This document shows, in pieces, positions 27,078-32,000 of a stretch of DNA of 32,000 nucleotides. Positions within the stretch are counted from its first letter, which is position 1. Each line of letters begins with the position of its first letter. A program made the position numbers and the translations under genes. The stretch is from contig JBAZRV010000005.1 in the NCBI GenBank assembly GCA_041662745.1, positions 60,001 through 92,000 of the forward strand, given 5' to 3'. Source of the DNA: Patescibacteria group bacterium. Lineage in GTDB: Bacteria; Patescibacteriota; Patescibacteriia; 2-01-FULL-39-33. The notes under the pieces are model-generated. The model was not told the origin of the DNA, did not search any database, and saw nothing but the letters and a program-made list of their open reading frames with translations.

Positions 27078-28490
27078 TTAGATTTTTTTTAATTTATAAT
27101 CATCCTTACTGTCTTCCATTTGCCAACCGGCTTGCAAGAGTTCATCACGCAAACGATCCGACTCGGCCCAATTCTTGGTTTGTCGAGCCTGCCAACGCGC
27201 TTCGGCTAAAGTTTTTATTTCAGCGGGAATTTCTTCCGCTCTAAGTTGCGATAAATTCAAGCCCAAAACTTGATCAAAATCAATTATGGTCGCATATTTT
27301 TCCGCATCAGGCAAATCAGCCTTGAGTATTTCCCAAACCAATGCTAAGGCTTGGGGAATATTAAAATCATCTTCCAGGGCGGCGATGAACTTATTTTTAA
27401 ATAATTCCTCCGTTCGCCCGCCATCCGGCTGGTTCGGTCGGAATGACAATAATTGCAAGCGTAAATTATTTAATGCGGATTGGGCGGCATCAAGCGCCTC
27501 CCAAGTAAAATTTTGCTTACTGCGATAATGCGCGCCCAAGAAAAAATAACGCAAGACCAGCGGATCATACCCTTTGGCCTTGATATCGGTTACCGAATAA
27601 GCCGTACCGTCGGATTTTGACATCTTGCCGCCGTCAACATTAAGATGTTCATTATGCAACCAATAATCCACGAACTTTTGGCCGGAAAAGGCCTCGCTCT
27701 GAGCAATCTCGTTGGTATGATGCACGGGCACGTGCTCAATACCGCCCATATGCAAATCAATCGTTGGACCGAAAATCTTATAGTTCATAGCCGAACATTC
27801 CAAATGCCAGCCGGGGAAACCCTCCCCTTTAATTGTTTTACCCTGAACACGAAATTTGTACGGCCAAGTTTGTAAGGCATTTTCATGCGCGCCCGCCTTA
27901 AAAAACCATACGGCAAAGTCAGCCGAATTCCTTTTTCCCGGATCGCCCACTTCGCCCTTGCCGGCCTCAGCCTGATTTTCTTCCAATTTCTGGCCGGACA
28001 ACCTGGTGTAGTCCCGGGCCTTGGCAATATCAAAATAAATCGCCAAATCGGTGACATAAGCATAATCCTTATCCAGAAAAACCTGCACCATTTTTTGCAT
28101 TTGCTTGATATACTCCGTGGCCCGCGGTTTATAGTCGGGGGGCAAACAATTCAAATCAGCCACATCAGCTTCAAATTGCGCGATGTATTTATCAGCTATC
28201 TGCTTCGGCGTTAGGCCTTCGCGTCTGGCCGCCTTAATCATCTTGTCTTCGCCCTCATCCTCATCGCTGGTCAAATGGCCGACATCGGTATAATTCCGGG
28301 CAAACTTCACTTTGTAACCAAGATAGGCAAGCGACCGGCGAATCAAGTCGGCCAGCACCATGGCGCGCATATTGCCGAGATGCTGAATCCAATAAACAGT
28401 CGGCCCGCATTGGTAGAAAGTGACTTCTTTCTTTTTAAGCGGCTTAAAATCCTCTTGTTTTTTACTTAAGGTGTTGAAAATCTTTAACAT
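27078..28490 (-). CDS. cysS: Cysteinyl-tRNA synthetase
   Basis: TFYQCGPTVYWIQHLGNMR; GWHLECSAMNYKIFG; HHTNEIAQSEA; KMSKSDG. Start MLKIFNTL preferred over the 28559 start. Confidence 0.97.
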   Translation of the reverse strand: MLKIFNTLSKKQEDFKPLKKKEVTFYQCGPTVYWIQHLGNMRAMVLADLIRRSLAYLGYKVKFARNYTDVGHLTSDEDEGEDKMIKAARREGLTPKQIADKYIAQFEADVADLNCLPPDYKPRATEYIKQMQKMVQVFLDKDYAYVTDLAIYFDIAKARDYTRLSGQKLEENQAEAGKGEVGDPGKRNSADFAVWFFKAGAHENALQTWPYKFRVQGKTIKGEGFPGWHLECSAMNYKIFGPTIDLHMGGIEHVPVHHTNEIAQSEAFSGQKFVDYWLHNEHLNVDGGKMSKSDGTAYSVTDIKAKGYDPLVLRYFFLGAHYRSKQNFTWEALDAAQSALNNLRLQLLSFRPNQPDGGRTEELFKNKFIAALEDDFNIPQALALVWEILKADLPDAEKYATIIDFDQVLGLNLSQLRAEEIPAEIKTLAEARWQARQTKNWAESDRLRDELLQAGWQMEDSKDDYKLKKI

Positions 28491-28697
28491 AGATTTCTTT
28501 GCCGCTTTTTCTAGAAAAATCGGCTGAAAAAGTCGCGACCGGTCATAAATCATGGCCAAATTTTACACTTCACTCACTAAAATTTTCTGACGCTACGCTT
28601 GCGAAAATTTTTAGCGTTCGCTTTCGTATAAAATTAGCACAAGATTTATTTATAGTCGCATTTTAAATGCTAATAATAAATACAATAATTAATAAAA

Positions 28698-29150
28698 CTA
28701 TTCAATTCTTACTTCATCACCTGCCCTAATCCCGTGGCTGGCGACGAAACCGGCGTTGGCCTCTAATACCATATTTACCGGGCCGGGCGAAGCATAAAGC
28801 TCAGTTGGTCGCTCCCCTGCCGGCGGCAGATTCTCACTGGCGCCGACGACCTGATTATCTTTTAACCAAATGATATCCAAAGGAAAATTCATATCTTTCA
28901 TCCAAAAACTGCGAGCGGACGGAGCGTTATAGACAAACAACATGCCACAATCGGCGCACAAGGACCGGCGATCGGATAAACCCTTGATTTTATCCGCTTC
29001 GGTCGTTACCAATTCCACTTTGATTTTTTTCTCGCCGAAATAAACATGTTTATCAGCTTTATCGGCCGTCTTAATGGCAGTACAGCCGGTTAGCAACAAA
29101 CCGGAAAACAAGGCGAACGACAAAATTAAGCTTTTTTTGATTTGACCCAT
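28698..29150 (-). CDS. DUF192-family lipoprotein
   Basis: Lipobox LLLTGC; VELVTTEADKIKGLSDRRSLCADCGMLFVY...RSFWMKDMNFPLDIIWL. Confidence 0.88.
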   Translation of the reverse strand: MGQIKKSLILSFALFSGLLLTGCTAIKTADKADKHVYFGEKKIKVELVTTEADKIKGLSDRRSLCADCGMLFVYNAPSARSFWMKDMNFPLDIIWLKDNQVVGASENLPPAGERPTELYASPGPVNMVLEANAGFVASHGIRAGDEVRIE

Positions 29151-30178
29151 AAGGCGACGGAAATTATTGCCATAACCAAAACCAAACAAATAATCAATAT
29201 CATTTTACCAGAACTGGTTGAAATAATTCCCAAGGAGCCAAAGGCCAGGGCGATCAGCCACAAGAGCCAAACCGCCTGGGTGTGCGATAAGCCCAAGCCG
29301 AGCAAGCGGTAATGCAAGTGATTGCGATCGCCGGCGAACGGCGATTTGCCGGAAATTAAGCGACGTATAATCACCAGCAGAACATCCAGGGCCGGCAAAC
29401 CCATCACCAGTAGCGTAGTAATGATTTTTGAGCCGGAAACAATGGAGAGCACCCCCAACAAAAATCCGATGAATACGGAACCGCCCTCGCCCAAAAAAAT
29501 TGAGGCCGGGCGCCAATTGTAAATCAAAAAACCGAGCGCTGCCCCCAAAAGCAACAAGGCCCAAATGCCTGTCGCCGACAACGGCGCATCCCAACGCAAA
29601 GAAACCAAAAAAATAAACAACGCGGCAATAGTGGCGATGCCGGCCACCAAACCGTCCAAACCGTCCAAAAACTTAGTGGTATAGGCCATGCCCAAGAGCC
29701 AAAAAAACACGATGGCTATGCCCAAATACTTGCCAATAAACAAAACGGCTCCGGATTGGCTTAAGGGATTGGTGATAAAAGCTATATGCAGCCCCGACAA
29801 TAAAACAACGATAACGGCGAAGACAGGGAAAAATATTTGCTGTTGCGGTTTAAGGCTGTATTTATCGTCAATCGTGCCGCCGATCATCAATATCAAACAA
29901 GCAAGAAAAATGCCCCAGAGCAAGCAATCGTTAATCAAAGAAAAATCCGCCAAATTAAAAAATCTAAAAATAAAAACACCGGCAAAAACCGATAAAAATA
30001 TCGCCCACCCGCCCATGAAAGGCACCGGATTCTGATGGATCTTGCGTTCGGCCGCCTGCGGTTTATCCATAATATCAAAACGCCGGGCCACCAATTTGAC
30101 TAACGGGGTCAAACCGACGGCCAACAAAAAAGACAGCAAAATAGCGCCAAAATAAATGATGGGATCATTGTCATTCAT
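29126..30178 (-). CDS. Undecaprenyl-phosphate GlcNAc-1-phosphate transferase-like (WecA/TagO/MraY superfamily)
   Basis: PLVKLVARRFDIMDKP...RKIHQNPVPFMGGWAIF; DDKYSLKPQQQIFF; FLDGLDGLVAGIA; NWRPASIFLGEGGSVFIGF; FAGDRNHLHYRLL. Confidence 0.92.
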   Translation of the reverse strand: MNDNDPIIYFGAILLSFLLAVGLTPLVKLVARRFDIMDKPQAAERKIHQNPVPFMGGWAIFLSVFAGVFIFRFFNLADFSLINDCLLWGIFLACLILMIGGTIDDKYSLKPQQQIFFPVFAVIVVLLSGLHIAFITNPLSQSGAVLFIGKYLGIAIVFFWLLGMAYTTKFLDGLDGLVAGIATIAALFIFLVSLRWDAPLSATGIWALLLLGAALGFLIYNWRPASIFLGEGGSVFIGFLLGVLSIVSGSKIITTLLVMGLPALDVLLVIIRRLISGKSPFAGDRNHLHYRLLGLGLSHTQAVWLLWLIALAFGSLGIISTSSGKMILIICLVLVMAIISVALWVKSKKA

Positions 30179-30219
30179 GCCATAATTATACAAAAATCTT
30201 GGCTAAAATTCAAGAAAAA

Positions 30220-30243
30220 CAAAAGGACCGGCTGAACCGGTCC
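30220..30243 (-). terminator. Rho-independent terminator of the zinc-ribbon gene
   Basis: Minus strand GGACCGG-TTCAG-CCGGTCC followed by TTTTGTTTTT. Confidence 0.85.
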
Positions 30244-30271
30244 CGTTAAAGTGCTATTGTTGTAAATCGTT

Positions 30272-30484
30272 TTACTGTTCCGTTTCATCGGACGGGCAAG
30301 GCGGTGTTTCCACCGGCGGATCACCCAGTTTCAAGCCGCAGGACGGGCAACGCGATAAATAGCTATAAAATTCTGCATGGCATTGCGCGCATTTAACCTT
30401 GACGCCGACAAAAGAGATAAAGACGAAAAGCGCAAAAAAAATGCACAAGACTTCCATAACCGGCGTACAAATTGCCGGCCACAT
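30272..30484 (-). CDS. TM-anchored zinc-ribbon protein, 70 aa
   Basis: MEVLCIFFALFVFISFVGVKV then CAQCHAEFYSYLSRCPSCG; SD AAGAGGAG before ATG 30484. ORF track starts further upstream. Confidence 0.7.
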   Translation of the reverse strand: MWPAICTPVMEVLCIFFALFVFISFVGVKVKCAQCHAEFYSYLSRCPSCGLKLGDPPVETPPCPSDETEQ

Positions 30485-30485
30485 G

Positions 30486-30620
30486 TCAATTGCTCCTCTT
30501 GCGGTTGGCGCGCCGCTCCGCTCTGCGCTCCTCCCGCTTTGAACCGGTACGAGGCAAAAAACCGGCGCCGCTGCCATAATAAGCGGAAAAGAACTTAAGC
30601 CACAATCTGCGCAGACTCAT
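30486..30620 (-). CDS. 44-aa basic ORF upstream of and nearly abutting the zinc-ribbon gene, not in ORF track
   Basis: AAAAGGAG SD then MSLRRLWLKFFSAYYGSGAGFLPRTGSKREERRAERRANRKRSN*; stop followed after 1 nt by ATG 30484. Confidence 0.45.
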   Translation of the reverse strand: MSLRRLWLKFFSAYYGSGAGFLPRTGSKREERRAERRANRKRSN

Positions 30621-30678
30621 GAATTTTCTCCTTTTTAGTTATCATAGCCATTTTAGGTCAGGAATTGCCATTCAAGTT

Positions 30679-30707
30679 ATCCTATCAGCAACAACGTTTT
30701 TTGTCAA
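30679..30707 (-). promoter_or_regulatory. Promoter for the 44-aa / zinc-ribbon mini-operon
   Basis: Minus strand TTGACA - 17 nt - TAGGAT. Confidence 0.7.
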
Positions 30708-30713
30708 ACAAAA

Positions 30714-30734
30714 ACTGTCGAAAATTTCGACAGT
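30714..30734 (-). terminator. Putative terminator after ftsX
   Basis: Minus strand ACTGTCGAAA-T-TTTCGACAGT followed by TTTTGTTT, located 37 nt beyond the ftsX stop. Confidence 0.6.
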
Positions 30735-30771
30735 AATAAAGTGAGATTTCTGCTAATTTTAGACGTTAATT

Positions 30772-31689
30772 TTAGACGTTTAAATATTTGCCAATGGCCA
30801 CCGCCGAAGAAACAATGTTGACGGCGGTAATGGCTAACAATTCCGTACCGAAGATATAAACAAAATTAGCATTAAAATAACCGGTCAAATCAAAGGTGGC
30901 GCCGGCAAAAAAACCGGAAACATACGGTTGCAACACCGATAACAAAGGATAGAAAAAAACTATGGTAATAAATACCGCGACGATTCCGGCAATAACGCTT
31001 TCCAAAATAAAAGGCGAACGGATAAACCAATTGGAAGCCCCGACCAACTTCATGATGCCGATTTCATTTTGGTGAGTGAAAATAGCCACGCGAACCGTAT
31101 TAAAAATTATCAAGATGGAAATAAGAGCGAAGATGCCGATAACGAAATAAGCGGCGCGGCGCACCGTATCGGCAATGCCGTTAATCCGCGAAATCACCAA
31201 TTGATTATCATCATAATTCTTTTCCTCAATCAACTCGGCAAAAGATGGATCATCGATGGCTTTTAGAATCTCCGGGTAATCCTTGAGATCCTTGGCTTTG
31301 ATTACCAGGGTGGCGCTCATAGGGTTGGCGGATAACTCTTTAAGCGTCTCCTGAATCTTAACGTCGCCGGCATGCTTCTCCTTAAACGCTTCCAGATTGT
31401 CTTCAGATGAACGATAAGTGATATTTTTGACTTGAGACAATCCTTCCAGATGGGATTTGACTTCGGCGACTTTGCTTTCCCTGACTTCCGGCTTGAAATA
31501 AACTGAGACATCAATGCGGTCTTTAACCGCCGCAATGGCCGAGTCGGAAATAACATTGACGACCAGAAGCAGATTAACGGAAATCAAAGTTAAAAAAATC
31601 ACAAAAACAGTGGCCAGAGACAGCCAAATATTGCGCCAAAAAGACTGCAGGGCGAAAAAAATTGAACGATTTAAAGTCAAAAGAAACAT
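30772..31689 (-). CDS. ftsX: Cell-division ABC transporter permease FtsX
   Basis: SFWRNIWLSLATVFVIFLTLISVNLLLVV...VDVSVYFKPEV; NTVRVAIFTHQNEIGIMKLVGASNWFIRSPFILE. Confidence 0.93.
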   Translation of the reverse strand: MFLLTLNRSIFFALQSFWRNIWLSLATVFVIFLTLISVNLLLVVNVISDSAIAAVKDRIDVSVYFKPEVRESKVAEVKSHLEGLSQVKNITYRSSEDNLEAFKEKHAGDVKIQETLKELSANPMSATLVIKAKDLKDYPEILKAIDDPSFAELIEEKNYDDNQLVISRINGIADTVRRAAYFVIGIFALISILIIFNTVRVAIFTHQNEIGIMKLVGASNWFIRSPFILESVIAGIVAVFITIVFFYPLLSVLQPYVSGFFAGATFDLTGYFNANFVYIFGTELLAITAVNIVSSAVAIGKYLNV

Positions 31690-31692
31690 AAA

Positions 31693-32000
31693 TTAGATTA
31701 CATATTTCCCTACTTTTTGATCTCCGACCACTAAGCCTTCATCCAAAGTAATAACGCGACGCTTGAGGGAATTAACAATTTCTTTATTATGAGTCACCAT
31801 CACGACAGTGGTGCCAAACTCGTTAATTTTTAATAATAAATCAATAATATCCTTGGTGTTTAGGGCGTCCAGATTGCCGGTCGGCTCATCGGCCAAAAGC
31901 ACCTTGGGACGATGAATCAGGGCACGGGCGATGGCCACGCGCTGTTTCTCTCCGCCGGACAACTCATGCGGATAACGCGCCAGCTTATCCTGCAGATCCA
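31693..32000 (-). CDS. ftsE: Cell-division ABC transporter ATPase FtsE (N-terminus beyond window)
   Basis: LSGGEKQRVAIARALIHRPKVLLADEPTGNLD; frame remains open through 32000 (QDKLARYPHELSGG). Confidence 0.9.
   Translation of the reverse strand, partial: DLQDKLARYPHELSGGEKQRVAIARALIHRPKVLLADEPTGNLDALNTKDIIDLLLKINEFGTTVVMVTHNKEIVNSLKRRVITLDEGLVVGDQKVGKYVI

Noticed and set aside
28491-28559. N-terminal extension of cysS (MAMIYDRSRLFQPIF...)
   Set aside because: CysS proteins normally begin just before the segment starting at MLKIFNTL; the extension has no support.
30540-30560. LPRTG (LPxTG-like) motif in the 44-aa ORF as a sortase sorting signal
   Set aside because: It is followed by charged residues without the required hydrophobic segment, so likely coincidental.
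1-32000. CRISPR array, tRNA/rRNA, restriction-modification or known antiphage operon
   Set aside because: No regularly spaced repeats, cloverleaf-like sequences or matching protein motifs were recognised by eye; a tRNAscan/DefenseFinder run would be needed to exclude them formally.

Overview
This 32 kb window looks like a Patescibacteria/CPR-type chromosome segment; that taxonomic reading is inferred from gene content, the small operons and the dense, short-gene layout. From left to right it contains: the end of an O-antigen-ligase-like gene; a very large fusion protein (GT4 glycosyltransferase, TM, glycosidase-like region, FG-GAP repeats); a DUF11-like membrane protein; an Ig-domain lipoprotein with its own promoter, structured leader and terminator; another GT4 glycosyltransferase; a small membrane protein; a type IV pilus gene set (pilB, pilC, four prepilin/minor pilin genes, pilM, pilN, pilO and a trailing membrane protein); a minus-strand Fe-S operon (Rrf2, IscU, Nfu, IscS); two secreted or lipoprotein genes; uvrA; a Xer-like tyrosine recombinase; a run of very small ORFs; cysS; DUF192; a WecA/TagO-like transferase; a two-gene mini-operon (basic 44-aa ORF plus a TM/zinc-ribbon protein); and ftsX/ftsE. 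The most interesting observations are: (1) a dif-like site, AATTCGCATAA-GCGCTAG-TTATGTGAAAT, with a third half-site beside it, directly upstream of the Xer gene; (2) a cluster of tiny, strongly RBS-equipped ORFs next to it, including an unannotated Cys-rich ORF without an ATG start; (3) the glycosyltransferase/glycosidase/FG-GAP fusion; (4) a terminator hairpin whose loop contains most of the -35 box of the Fe-S operon promoter; and (5) short upstream ORFs in structured leaders. No CRISPR array, rRNA, tRNA or recognisable antiphage system was seen.
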